A DNA stretch of 64,000 nt from Eledone cirrhosa (taxonomy: Eukaryota), in assembly GCA_964016885.1 (NCBI GenBank), contig OZ024742.1:59334001-59398000 (forward strand). Direction: 5' to 3'. The notes beneath the pieces were generated by a model. It saw nothing but the letters and a program-made list of their open reading frames with translations. It was not told where the DNA came from and did not search any database. Below are positions 14,340-27,475 of the stretch, piece after piece. How positions within the stretch are numbered: position 1 is the stretch's first letter; each line of letters begins with the position of its first letter. The position numbers were made by a program, and so were the translations under genes.

Positions 14340-15905
14340 TTAAACACGCATGTTAGTGGTCAGACGAAGTGTTGTTACCTGTTGCCACAATGGAGAAGAC
14401 TTCAGGCAGGCCCGAACTTGATCCGCTCTGGTGCCCTTTGGAATAACCGGCAAAGTTTCTCGAAAGTCCCCTGAAAGCAAAAGAGTTACACCCTCCATGG
14501 TCTGCTCACGGTCTCTAATGTCTTTCAGTGTTCTATCTAAGGCCTCAACAGCTCCTTTGTGAGCCATGGTACATTCATCCCACACAATCAGTTGGTACCG
14601 TTGTAGCAGTACTGCTCTCGGACTATCGTTGGTGATGTCACAGAGCAGTGTTTCAGCTGATACCAAGTTAAACGGAAGCTTAAAGGTAGAGTGGTGTGCT
14701 GTCCTGCCGCCAGGAAGTAGTGTCGCTGCAATACCGGATGATGCAACGGCTATAGTGATAACTTCATTCTGTCTAACTTTGGCAAGAAGAAGTTTAGTAA
14801 CAACGGTTTTTCCAGCGCCTCCAGGGGCATCAAGAAAGAAGATACCACCCCATCGATGAAATACATAGTCGGTGATAGTGTTGTATGCAAATTGCTGATC
14901 GGGAAGTAGTTTTGGTTCCATTTCAAACACATATCTAGCTAGAGTGTCGACATCATAAGATGTTTCTTGGATGATGAGGGTTGGAATTTTATTAGAATCA
15001 GTGCGGTGGGTTTATGTCAGACCGTATGCTGGTAAGGCATTCCCACCCATAAGGAAATATCTGTCCTCTATGTCTATAAGCCCTTTATTCTATAAATCAT
15101 CACTGAAATCTACTTCTATGTCAGGAAGTAGTAGTTGAGCCTGGTGCAGGAAGTCCTCAGACAGTTGGTTCCGAAACTTCAACCATAATGTGTAGGGATC
15201 ACAAATGTTACATAAGTGAAGAATCTTTGCAAAGAGCTCTCGTAGGCTTCCAGCTGAGTGTGATGAAGCGATCTCTGTCAAGGTTGCATCCCATCGTGAG
15301 TCATCTTCAAGCATTCCACGAGCCAAACAGGCATCTCTGTATGTAGACCAAACACGATTACCGTAAGTTCTGAGGTCCCGAAAACTGGTCGGTCCTTTGA
15401 CCTCATGCAGTAGCATTCGAAGATAGAAGCACTCGTGTTGATTTGGAGGAATCGTATACACTCGCCCCTAGCAATTAGTGAATTTGATCCCGGGAACTCC
15501 AATAACTGGTTGGCCAGTCTTTCTGCGACTCGATTTATTTTATTCCATGTGTAGTATGATGGCACCTGAGGATACAGCAATGATTTTGCGAAGTCATCGT
15601 ATTCGAACAGTTTGAAAAATCCAGTTAAAGTTGTCTCCCTTGGGGTCTGTGCCAATTTAGCGGCATTTTTGTTGGTATAGTAAATCCGTTGACCGTGTTC
15701 TATGTGTACATCTAATTTTACAATTGAAGGGTGCCTATCATGTATTGGAAAACCGAAGAATCGCCCAAAGGCCTTGCTACTACTTATGTAGCGCCCTACT
15801 TGGAATTGCGTTACTTTGTCTCTATTGTTTTCGTTGAGTATACCAAACGAAGCAGCGTCAGAACCCTTATTAATATACTTACATATGTATTTGATGCACT
15901 TGACT
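14340..15905 (-). pseudogene. Helitron RepHel fragment (Rep C-terminal part plus Pif1-type SF1 helicase), frameshifted
   Basis: KYICKYINKG (Rep tyrosine motif), GRYISS, YLRMLLHEVKGPTSF, DAPGGAGKT (Walker A), AVASSGIAATLLPGGRTAH, IVWDECTMAHK, GDFRETLPV, LTTNMRV, spread over ORFs 15278-15964, 15090-15461 and 14340-14930. Confidence 0.93.
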
Positions 15906-15907
15906 GA

Positions 15908-16230
15908 TGTCTGCACAAATTCATCGCCTATATCAACACTCTGCAAGACTGTCTGCCAGCACAACTTTATCGCCTATATCACCTCTCTGCACGACTGTCT
16001 GTCTGCACAACTTTATCGCCTATATCACCTCTCTGCACGACTGTCTGTCTGCACAATTTTATCGCCTATCACCTCTCTGCACGACTGTCTGTCTGAACAA
16101 CTTTATCTCCTATATCACTTCTCTGCACGACTGTCTGTCTGCACAAATTCATCGCCTGTATCAACACTCTGCACGACTATCTGTCTGCACAACTTTATCG
16201 CCTATATCACCCCTCTGCACGACTGTCTGT
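15908..16230. repeat. 46-bp minisatellite (~7 copies) inside the Helitron
   Basis: Unit ctgtctgtctgcacaactttatcgcctatatcacctctctgcacga; it explains the repetitive ORFs 15816-16256 and 15907-16275. Confidence 0.93.
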
Positions 16231-17019
16231 CGTTTAAAATCATTGCTTCTAAATGAAAATCTCATAAGGCTTTAATCGACATGAATGCTTTGTTTACAAA
16301 ATATTTTCTTGTTTTACGGTGTATTTAGTTAGGCTTGTTTACAAGTAAAAATATTGTTTTAAAAGACTTTTTAATGGAAATGAAGCAAAATGGAAGCTTA
16401 ATGTTGAATCTTCGAACTCATGAATTTTGCAGGTTAAAATTTTGCTGGTCCGAAAACTGGTCGCGTATTTTTGTACTTTTGCACGCGTCGTTTATTCGTA
16501 ACGTAAATAGGTAAACAGAATGGCGCCAAGGGAAATAACTCGTCTCTAATCTCTATTTATACATTTGAACTAAAAAATCAATACAAATTCGATTTTTGCA
16601 CTTGGCGTGGGTCGATTTGAAAATTGTTTTGACCGATGTCTCCGCCGGACCTTCATCTATAAGTAGAGCTATTTCACCGAAATTTGAACGTACGGTTTAG
16701 GAGGAGATGTGTGCCGACCGTTTTAGTAGACAGACAGACTGACAGACAGGCCGACAACCTCAGTTTTATATATATAGATAAAACGTTTTACTATTTTCTT
16801 TATAGCTTACTTAGTCATAGAGCGCCGACCTCATCAATGGAAATATCATAAACATTGTTGACAAACATGATTTAAGTACAATCTGTAAAGGTATTATGAT
16901 TACTGCTATATCCTACAAATCAATATATAACGCGTTATACGGTTTTCTTTCAGTATATATATATCGACAGTCGATCGACTTTCGTCAAATCGGACCGAAG
17001 AAACAATGTTTCCATTGGT

Positions 17020-17389
<370 letters not shown>

Positions 17390-17479
17390 ACAGGGAGAAA
17401 GAGACGATTATTAGGAAGGAAAATTTTTTTTTCCTTTTTTGTTTCTCTCTTTTTTCTGGGTTAGAAAATGCTTAAAACG

Positions 17480-18085
17480 AAATGTTTTACTTTGTGTGAA
17501 GTGTTAAGGTATTAGTTAAGGTATTTATTATTTAACAATGGCATTTATTTATCTATTTATATATTTAATTATTGTCTATTACCGGTTTCGGTATTTTAAT
17601 GCATTATCAAATGATAGTGAAATGTATTAGTGTGGTGTCGCACATGATAAACAGAAGGTGCAGAAAGAATAATGTTATTTACAAACAAGATTTATGAAGT
17701 GAAAAGAAAAAAGAAAAAGGAAAAAAAACGTGCATAATGTAGAGCATAAAAAGTCAATGTGGAAGAAAAAATAATGTTATTTACAACCAAAGTCATTGAA
17801 GTTAAGCAGATCAAAATGTGTTAATATAGCAAGAGTGCTTAGATGATCCATGATTCCATGATGGAGGCAAATGGTGGACTGAGGTTTGATATGATTTCCC
17901 TTTTTAGAGAGTTAATATGCAGGGGGAAACAATTCTTGATGAATGATATTTAATTTATTGAAGAAAAAGGATTGTAAATGTTTGATTGTTTGTTGCAGTT
18001 TTAGATTGGTCCGATATTTAGAGCATTAAGTAGGAGTTGGAATTTATTAATGAAATATTTTTCCTTATTAGTACGTTGGATGAAA
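17480..18085 (-). mobile_element. inverted Penelope-like 3' end (GIY-YIG C-terminus plus pLTR)
   Basis: Minus-strand translation near 18000-18085 gives QRTNKEKYFINKFQLLLN, the typical PLE endonuclease end. A degenerate HHR lies downstream at 17574-17617. Confidence 0.65.
17574..17617 (-). ncRNA. degenerate hammerhead, U3-A8 variant
   Basis: Minus strand: cau-UUGAUAA-ugcauuaaaauacc-GAA-ACCGGU-A-auag. Stem III is palindromic; stems I and II are imperfect. Confidence 0.5.
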
Positions 18086-19125
18086 GTACCAATAAGTACC
18101 AAAGAACGCCTTACAGACAAGGAATACAACTACATCACCAATTTCAAAAGCAGAACCAGCCTCTTCTACGGTATCCCCAAGACACACAAACGCGAAGTAA
18201 TAGGCAGGGCCTGCAAGCAAGCTACAGACGTCTACATCAATATAGCCCCTCCTGATGACTTTAAATTAAGACCCATAATAGCAGGCACCACATGTGAAAT
18301 CCACCGCCTAAGCAACTTCCTAGATATTCTGCTTAAACCTTTCCTAAAACACATAAAAAGTTTCATAAGGGACGACCTTGACATGCTCAACCACCTCCCA
18401 ACAACACTCAATAACGAACATACCCTACTAGCTAGTAAACTTTGATGTCATCAATGTATATTCCAATATCCCACACAACCTAGGTATAGAGGCAATACAA
18501 TTCTGGATGGAAAACTTCCCTAGTGAATTTCTACAGCGCATCCCTAAAGAATTTGTGTTGTAGGGACTCAAATTCATCCTGGAAAACAATTTCTCCGAAT
18601 TCAATGCCAAATACTACATACACAAATCTGGGACTGCCATGGGCACGAAAGTGGCCCCCTCATACGCCAACCTTGTCATGGGATATTTGGAAACTATTCT
18701 CTACCGCAAAGTTCTAGACAAATACGGCAACCACTTCTACCAACACATAGAAAAGAACTGGAAGAGATATCTGGACGCCTGCTTCATACTCTGGCATGAA
18801 AGTATAGATAGACTATTTGAGTTTAAAACCCTTCTGAATGGACTCAACACAAACTTACAATTCACAATGGATTACAGCCATGAACAGCTCCCTTTCCTCG
18901 ACATCCTAATCAAGAAAACAAGCAACAAAATAGAAACAGACATATACTACAAACCCACAGACTCCAAACAATACCTTCCATTCAACTCGTTCCACCCTAG
19001 ACACACCAAAATGGCAATTCCTTATAACCCAGCCAGAAGGATCTGCACAATAGTTTCAGATAAATACATATGCTACACACGACTAGAAGAATTAACAAAC
19101 ACACTTATCAGCAGAAACTACCCAT
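18086..19125 (+). pseudogene. Penelope-like reverse transcriptase fragment
   Basis: FYGIPKTHK, LRPII, FDVINVYSNIP, GTAMGTKVAPSYANLVMG, WKRYLDACF (YLDD mutated), LPFLDI, TDIYYKPTD. Frameshift and stop present; ends before the GIY-YIG domain. Confidence 0.93.
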
Positions 19126-19184
19126 ATATATATACATCCTAACTTGTGTGCTTCCTATCCACATTTTATTATTATTATTATTAT

Positions 19185-19216
<32 letters not shown>

Positions 19217-19288
19217 CATTATGAAGAGAGAAGAAACATTTAGATATAATTAGTAATAAAATGTATCATACCTAAACTGTTCCTAAAT

Positions 19289-19376
19289 TCCTCGACTACG
19301 TAGTTTCGTGGCATAAACAAAAACAATATATCAAAGATATAGAGTCCTTGCGAGGTCTGCCGACTTATCAAGAGGA
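19289..19376 (-). ncRNA. type I hammerhead ribozyme, U3-A8 core variant (copy 1)
   Basis: UCCUC-UUGAUAA-GU(C)GGCA...UGCCAC-GAA-ACUACGUAGU-C-GAGGA. All three stems pair and the cleavage triplet is GUC. Confidence 0.85.
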
Positions 19377-19879
19377 TACCTCATTTTACTAGTCTCAAGA
19401 ACGCGTCTACACGACGCGAGAAAGAATCCCAAAAGGCGGAGGGGGAGACAGTCACGCGATATAACGGTCGAGAAACAGAGCTAAGCCTCTTATAACCACG
19501 AAGAAAATACCACGGAGGCGGAGGGGGTATTCACATCGAGGCCGCAGAAGAGGTAGTGAAGAAGGCGAGAAGTATGAGTAATGGAAGCTTTCCAGTTGTC
19601 CCCACACTTCAAAGATTGCTCGACCAGAGGGAGTTATTAATATATTTAGAAACACACAGATACATGCGGACACACACATATATACATGAATGCATCCGCA
19701 CCCAACTGTGAGTTAAGGGTGCCAACTTCACCGATGTTGCTCAATGAATGACTGGGACAGACTAATTCAGTTTGAACCAGACTGAACCAGTATCAGAGTT
19801 AAAAATACATTATGAAGAGAGAAGAAACATTTAGATATAATTAGTAATAAAATGTATCATACCTAAACTGTTCCTAAAT

Positions 19880-19967
19880 TCCTCGACTACGTAGTTTCGT
19901 GGCATAAACAAAAACAATATATCAAAGATATAGAGTCCTTGCGAGGTCTGCCGACTTATCAAGAGGA
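19880..19967 (-). ncRNA. type I hammerhead ribozyme, U3-A8 core variant (copy 2)
   Basis: Identical to copy 1, offset +591. Confidence 0.85.
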
Positions 19968-20470
19968 TACCTCATTTTACTAGTCTCAAGAACGCGTCTA
20001 CACGACGCGAGAAAGAATCCCAAAAGGCGGAGGGGGAGACAGTCACGCGATATAACGGTCGAGAAACAGAGCTAAGCCTCTTATAACCACGAAGAAAATA
20101 CCACGGAGGCGGAGGGGGTATTCACATCGAGGCCGCAGAAGAGGTAGTGAAGAAGGCGAGAAGTATGAGTAATGGAAGCTTTCCAGTTGTCCCCACACTT
20201 CAAAGATTGCTCGACCAGAGGGAGTTATTAATATATTTAGAAACACACAGATACATGCGGACACACACATATATACATGAATGCATCCGCACCCAACTGT
20301 GAGTTAAGGGTGCCAACTTCACCGATGTTGCTCAATGAATGACTGGGACAGACTAATTCAGTTTGAACCAGACTGAACCAGTATCAGAGTTAAAAATACA
20401 TTATGAAGAGAGAAGAAACATTTAGATATAATTAGTAATAAAATGTATCATACCTAAACTGTTCCTAAAT

Positions 20471-20558
20471 TCCTCGACTACGTAGTTTCGTGGCATAAAC
20501 AAAAACAATATATCAAAGATATAGAGTCCTTGCGAGGTCTGCCGACTTATCAAGAGGA
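20471..20558 (-). ncRNA. type I hammerhead ribozyme, U3-A8 core variant (copy 3)
   Basis: Identical to copy 1, offset +1182. Confidence 0.85.
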
Positions 20559-20700
20559 TACCTCATTTTACTAGTCTCAAGAACGCGTCTACACGACGCG
20601 AGAAAGAATCCCAAAAGGCGGAGGGGGAGACAGTCACGCGATATAACGGTCGAGAAACAGAGCTAAGCCTCTTATAACCACGAAGAAAATACCACGGAGG

Positions 20701-20743
<43 letters not shown>

Positions 20744-20770
<27 letters not shown>

Positions 20771-20805
20771 TGATTGCTTTGTGCGTAATGATTACTTTTG
20801 CTTAC

Positions 20806-20843
<38 letters not shown>

Positions 20844-20897
20844 GTAAGCAAAAGTAATCATTACGCACAAAGCAATCAGCACACACACACACACATA
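20744..20897. repeat. palindrome centred on (TA)n
   Basis: (GT)n-gctgattgctttgtgcgtaatgattacttttgcttacg-(TA)n-cgtaagcaaaagtaatcattacgcacaaagcaatcagc-(AC)n. Confidence 0.95.
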
Positions 20898-21744
20898 GTG
20901 AGAAATATATATATAGAGAGAGAGAGTGAGAGAGAGAGAGAAAGAGAGAAAGGGAGAGAGGGAGGGGGAGATATCATCTTTACCCTCACAGTCCATTACT
21001 TTCTTTTCAAACAAGTGGGTGTTCACCCCGAAATATTTAGTTAAAAACTTAAGCTGTAGTTTTAATTGCATTACTTTAACATTATTTCCACTCCTTTACT
21101 CCTATCGTGCTTTCCCGAAACAAACCTACCCAATCTTCTACACACACACACAGTGATGTGCACACACACATCACACACATTCACACATCACACACATACA
21201 AATGCGCGCACGCATCACACACACTTTCAAGCATTTTCCTACAGGAAATGAGCAGCTGAGGATCTGTAAAAACAAAAGCTGTATCGGTTTCCCTAATCCT
21301 GGTGCTACATTGCATCTTTAAACCACATTGAATTCATTACATAATACATGTTGATTATGTTTACAGTAGCTACTTGAATCGATTAGTTCATGATATTGAT
21401 ATTTCTTTCATTGAAGCATCCATCTGGAATATATATTAGTTCCGTAAAGATTTGGTTTTTACAACAATTACTAGCAGATACATAATACAGAATACTTAAA
21501 TAAATCAGTCCAATTATCTAGTAACATCTCATCAAGAACCTAGATACATTCAGCTTGTAGCATAGAACATGGTTTATCATCTAAACGCTGTTGTTGTATG
21601 TAACTGACGAAATTAGAGATTTTCAACACGGTTGATATTAAGATGTGTTCACATTTTATGCTTTATATCATATAAACGTGAAATTATCGGATAAATGAAT
21701 TTAATAAATGCTTTTACATCATATTGAATGATATTACTACTATG

Positions 21745-21822
21745 TGAAGGCACGAGGGTTAGTGGATAGGGAGTTTGATTCGTAATCATGAGTTGGATTG
21801 CCATACCGGATGATGTGTTGTG

Positions 21823-21824
<2 letters not shown>
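21745..21824 (+). mobile_element. degenerate SINE family A 5' fragment
   Basis: gaaggcacgagggttagtggataggg...gatgtgttgtgtc is similar to the reverse complement of 17100-17185. Confidence 0.5.
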
Positions 21825-21919
<95 letters not shown>

Positions 21920-21965
21920 AGTCACTGTATATTTTAGAAAATATATATTTTCACTAACTCTGAGA

Positions 21966-22048
21966 GTTGGCATGTAAGCAGTATACTGTACTGATGAAGG
22001 GTAATCACCCAGAAATATTAGTATTTGTAGTTCTGTTTACATGCCAAC
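21966..22048 (+). ncRNA. degenerate hammerhead-like motif enclosed in a long stem
   Basis: CUGAUGA-A-GGGU-aauc-ACCC-A-GAAA at 21991-22015; flanks gttggcatgtaagcag and ctgtttacatgccaac pair. The stem I/III junction is imperfect. Confidence 0.45.
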
Positions 22049-22399
22049 AGAAGAGCAAGAATGACGTTGTCATTCTACTGACATGGCTTTAAAGAGCCTG
22101 TTTGCATAATTGTAAACGAATCGAATATTATTATTAATATTCGAAAAAAAACAAAGATTACATATATATGATGCATCTGTATATGAAGAATAGTTGTATT
22201 GAAAATGAGCGAATTAGGTTCTGTGAGATTGTGTTTTCCATAGCGACATTTCAGACATAGCCAGGAGGTGAAACTGAACAGATATTGAAGATAAGATAAC
22301 ACAACATTTCTATGTCATCTGTGTTGATGTGGAGCCATTCAATGTATAGTGAATACATTTGAAGAAAATGAAGTATAGAACAACCTCTCCAACTTGAAG

Positions 22400-25300
22400 A
22401 TTTACATATTGTAAATACATTTAAAGGCCTCTGGTCTCCTCTTACGACCCCCCCCCAAAGTACTTTTACCAACACCAACTCCAAAACCACAACAACAACA
22501 ACAACGCACAAAACAAGCAAACACACAAAAACAAACAACTGTCCAACCACAAACAACAGAAAAAACACAAACAATTCCCCTGAAAAACACAGTCCTACCC
22601 CGTCCCACTCCATCCAACACTACCACAATCACACACACAAACACGCCCTCACCACACAACATACCCCTCCCACACGCCCCTGATGACGATTCATCACCAG
22701 ACGAGGCTACTTCTTCATTCCCAAGTGAAGATGAAGGAGAGCCTCGTAAATAAAAAAAAACAAAAAAAGAGACACCATAAAGCCACAAAAACAACAATCA
22801 CCAACACGAACACACAACCACCAACACAAACAACAACACAAACACCACCACAATCAACCCCTCCTCTACCAGCAAGACAAACACCAACACCATCCCAAAC
22901 ACAAATGCCCACCACAAAAAGAAAACTACAAAATGAACAACAAACCAAAACAACACAACAAAAGAAAACAATACACATACATAAACACAAACAACAAAAA
23001 CCTAATGGAGGTCATCTCCCAAGACCCCAAAGTAGAAAATATGGGAAAACTTTTGTAAAAGCAGACTCTCAACCACACCTAAAACTAATAAGGGTTTCGA
23101 TAGAAACCTATCAGAAATTGAAAGAACAGTTTACACAGGACGTTGGCAACCCATGCCAAAAACCAATAAACCGTGTCCTGTTAAAATGTGTCCCCACCCA
23201 CTCAACACCCCCACCAGAACTGAAATGGAGATTGAATAATCCGATCTCCAGGAAACAAAAAGGGAAGAGCACCTTTTCCTCCTTTTCGCCAACTCTTCTC
23301 CACCAACATGGCTGACTTACGAGTTGGAAGCGTGGCCTAGGGATGCCCTGGAAACAGGGCCAACTTCCAAACGACCTTAGGTCACACGGTATAGATGTAA
23401 TAGCCATCACCTAGTCCAGGATCCACAACAGGCAGCAACTAACCCCCATCTTCAATGACTTTGAGATTTACGCATCTCTCTGTCAGCGGGGAGGTGGAGG
23501 GGGAGTGACTGTCATGTTTCAGAAAAACCTGGATCCGGAGGGTAGACTGGTAGTCCTAGACGCGAACAGTATTGGAGGTGGAGCCTTCAGACTGGTGGCC
23601 GTTTATGCCCCGACCGGGCAATCACGATCGCGGCCAGACTTCCTTAAGCGTCTAGAGTCTTCTCTGGGAACGTCTCACTCCTTGCTTTTAGTGGGGGACT
23701 GGAATTGTATCCTAGATGCACGATGGGACTATGTGGGAGCATGTCCTAGTAGAGCGGGATGCAACAGCCTCAAAAATCTAATCAGCCAATTCCAACTGGC
23801 CGATAGATATCGACTATATTTCCCGACTGCACCACAGTGGACGTAGGCAAACTTCAGCGGGACATCTAGATCGTATCTAGATAGGTTTTTCATTAGAGAG
23901 AAGGACAAGAAGATGTAAAGCTGTCTACAAATGCACATGGTTGCCTATTCAGATCACAAACTAGTCGTCTGCATAGCCAACCGTGATAGCATACATAGAC
24001 AAGGACCCGGATACTGGAAGCTGAACGTGTCGTTGCCGGCACGAAAAGCCTACAGTGAACGGATAAGTAGATTAGTGACGGGAGCCATCGTCAACAATAG
24101 ATGGTGGTACTCTCTCAAGAGAGCAATTAGAGTAGAATCGATAGGGTTTAGCAGAGAATTAGCTTTAGAGAAAAAACAAATCAGAAACAGAACTAGTAGC
24201 CAAGGTAGAGAGGCGCTTAGGAGTGGCAACGCATCGAAGACATCACTGGACCAGTTCTTCGACGCGAAACACGAAGGCTGCGTGGTTAGAAGTAAATCAC
24301 GTGCTCTAGGAAACGTGGGGGCAAAAGCTGTTAGCTGGGCCCGAGTGGCGGAGGCAAAAAGTGGCAACAAGTCCACGACTCGGTCTTTGAAATACCAAAA
24401 CGGACGCGTGCTACTTCACCCCAGGCAGACGTGCGCGGCCTTTCAGCGGCACTTTGCGCAACTGTTTGAGCAGAACGACGGTGCACCGAACGGGGCAATG
24501 GACTTTGGTTCATACCTCGACAGCCTGCCGCGTCTCTCGAGCATGGACGCCGAGTTCTGAGAAATACCGATCACAGCCACTGAGATACGGGATGCTCTGG
24601 GCCGCTGCGGGAAACGCAAATCACCTGGTCTAGATGGTCTACCCTATGAGTTTTACATAAGCATGCCGGACTTGTTCTCTGGCGTCCTCGAAGCCGTCTA
24701 CTGCAATTTACAGCAGAACGGAAGAATTCGCAGTTCTGCAGGCAAGGGCGTAGTAACGCTGATCAGGAAAGACGAGAACATGGGGGACAAAATAAACAAT
24801 TTCGGGCCCATAACTCTGCTCAACATAGAGTTAAAGATTTTAGCGAAGGTGCTACCAACGAGGCTGGCGCTTGTCGTCGAAAACCTGGTAGGGGAAGCGC
24901 AAACGTGTGCAATCCCGACAAAGTCCATACACGACAACCTCCACCTCATGCGATACATCATAGACAGGGTGGGGTGTAAACCCAGCTTCGGTGGGGCTCT
25001 GATCAATTTAGATCAGTCTAAGGCATTCGATATGGTTGGCCATCGATACTTCGAAGCGGTTCTCAAGGCGGCCGGTTTCGGCCCCGTTTTCAGAGGCTGG
25101 ATCAAGGCTATGCACACCAGCATCTGCTCGAGGGTCAAGGTAAACGGCTACCTATTGGAGCAGTTCGCAATCACACGTTCCACTCGACAGAGATGCTCGC
25201 TCTCCTCCATTCTGTACGTATTGACTCTAGAGCCACTACTGCGGAAGGGCATCCCTTTTGCCGGGCATCCCTTTAATACCGGGACTGAGAAAAGCGGCGT

Positions 25301-26922
25301 CGGCTCATGCCGATGACGTCACGGTAATGATGTCGAAAACCTAGGAAATCAAGATAATCGGCAACCTACTACAGGAATACGAAAAGTTCACAGGAGCAAA
25401 ACTGAACCCGGACAAGGCTGTCAGTTTCCAACTCGGAACGTGGAGAGGCAAACCGATGTCGTCTGACAGCGTCGTCGGACGCTGGGCGGAAGGACCGGTG
25501 AAATTGCTCGTGATCTGGTTCGGTCCAGACCTTCAGATGCAGAAAAACTGGAACGAGGTCATGGCCAAGGTATTTGCGCTCACCCAGGAGTGGGCAGAAT
25601 GCAAACTGTCTTTGAAAGGTCGAGCGGAGGTGGCGAACACTTTCATAGCGCCCGTCATCTACTACCGCTTGACTGTCGTGCCTTGTCTCCGTGAATCCAT
25701 CACCAAGATGGAACGCGTGCTCTTCCAGTTCCTGTGGAAGAAGCAGGCTCCACTGGTGAGGAGATCCGTCTGCTGTCAACACCCTTCCAAATGAGGGCTG
25801 GGCATGCCGTGGCTAATGATGCGCAAACATGCGCTGAGGCTACGGCATCTCCAGGTATTCCTCACCGACCAACCGGTGTGAGCACTGTTTGTGAGACAGG
25901 TCTTCCCACAATTGTCTCGCTGACGGAGCTGCAGTCCTGGGTGAAGGTAAGACCGAAGAAGATGGGCGCCTGGCACATTGAATGCGCTCAGGCGCTCACA
26001 GTCCTCTGTCAAGCGGGCACAGCAATCAGTGGAGACTCCACTTCGACATTCTATAGAGGGTTAGTACTTTACAAGTGCGACGACGTGCTCGGGGAAACTC
26101 TAGGCGTCGAAGACGACGAGCTCACCAGTGTGTTCGGTAGGACTTTCTGCCCTGGACCTATGGACAACTCCCAGAGGTCCCTGACCTGGCAGTGCTACCG
26201 AGGAGCTATACCCGTTCGAGATAAGATCTACAGGCACGGACGCCCCGGCAGGGATCCTTCCAAGAGGACGTGTGCAAGATGCGAGCAGGACATTGAAACC
26301 GTCTTGAACGCAATTCTACACTGCCCGGGCGTAACCGACCCGTGGAACTATGCAGAACAACTGCTGTGGCGTATGGGACAAATCCAGCTGACTGCCGAGT
26401 CCATAGTAAGGATCAAACCGCCAGCCTCTTTCAAAAACGAAAGAGAGGTGGTTTTTCTCTGTATAGTGGCTATGGTGAAAGAAGTTATATGGTGGACGAG
26501 GTTGAGAGGACTGAGGACAGATGCCTTTCTCTCCGGACAACAATTGATTCCCTTCTTTAAGTATCACTTTAGAAGGAGAATCAGGGTGGAGAGAGAGGCA
26601 CTGCACCCCAGTAAATTTACTGAAAGGTGGGTGAATGAAGCGAAAATGGCCCGAGTGATTGGGCCTTCTCTGTTTATAAGCCTGTAGGTTAAAGAAGAGA
26701 GCAAAGGGAAGAAGGGAGCACTTGCACAACACGCTCCTGAAGTTGAGGGTTGTTCTATCGACGGGGTAGTAAACAACCCATTTGTGGCGCCTCCCCCCTA
26801 TTGGGGATTTCGATTGCTATAATTGTTTGTTTCAATATTTTTACACGACTGTATGCAAAATCCCCGGCATTTGTCTTTGTATTATCCCCTTTTCTTGTGC
26901 GCCCTTGTGGCAAATAAAGAAA
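22400..26922 (+). mobile_element. 5'-truncated Tx1/L1-clade LINE (ORF1 remnant plus disrupted ORF2)
   Basis: APE (VAVYAP, GDWN, YLDR, SDH, GPGYWKLN), RT (KSPGLDG, LDQSKAFD, ADD, GLGMP) and a C-terminal C..C..H..C motif; ends at aataaagaaa. Many stops. Confidence 0.95.
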
Positions 26923-26924
26923 TA

Positions 26925-26930
26925 TATCTG

Positions 26931-26980
<50 letters not shown>

Positions 26981-26981
26981 A

Positions 26982-27068
<87 letters not shown>
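26925..27068. repeat. (TATC)n microsatellite at the 3' end of the Tx1 copy
   Basis: Directly visible. Confidence 0.97.
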
Positions 27069-27401
27069 CTTCTCTTTCGCATCCTTTCTCTCTCTGAACA
27101 CGATATATCTTAGACACGACATTATATATCGATATCTATATATTATATAACACATTAAAGAAATGATTCGTAACACGAGGCTAGATTATTCGTAATGTAT
27201 TACAACAATTTGAAAGTCTTTCATAGTTAATAACTAGCTATTCAAATACACATACATACATATATAGATACATACATATAGAGATACATACATGCGCACA
27301 CATACACATATATATGTATACATATGTATATAAGTATAATGCATATAAATTCATATTATACATTTATACATACATATATGTGTATATAAACACACACTAA
27401 C

Positions 27402-27475
<74 letters not shown>

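Larger units (their letters stand above)
19214..20700 (-). repeat. 591-bp tandem array (2.5 copies), each unit with a hammerhead ribozyme
   Basis: Units start at 19214, 19805 and 20396. No differences seen by eye, and the identical 75-aa ORFs are 591 bp apart. (TA)n on both flanks. Confidence 0.97.

Noticed and set aside
15908-16230. Regular repeats superficially like a CRISPR array
   Set aside because: Head-to-tail minisatellite with no unique spacers, in a eukaryotic context with no cas genes.
19452-19679. 75-aa ORF repeated at 20043-20270
   Set aside because: It is a by-product of the tandem array, starts in a TG-rich patch and has no recognisable motif.
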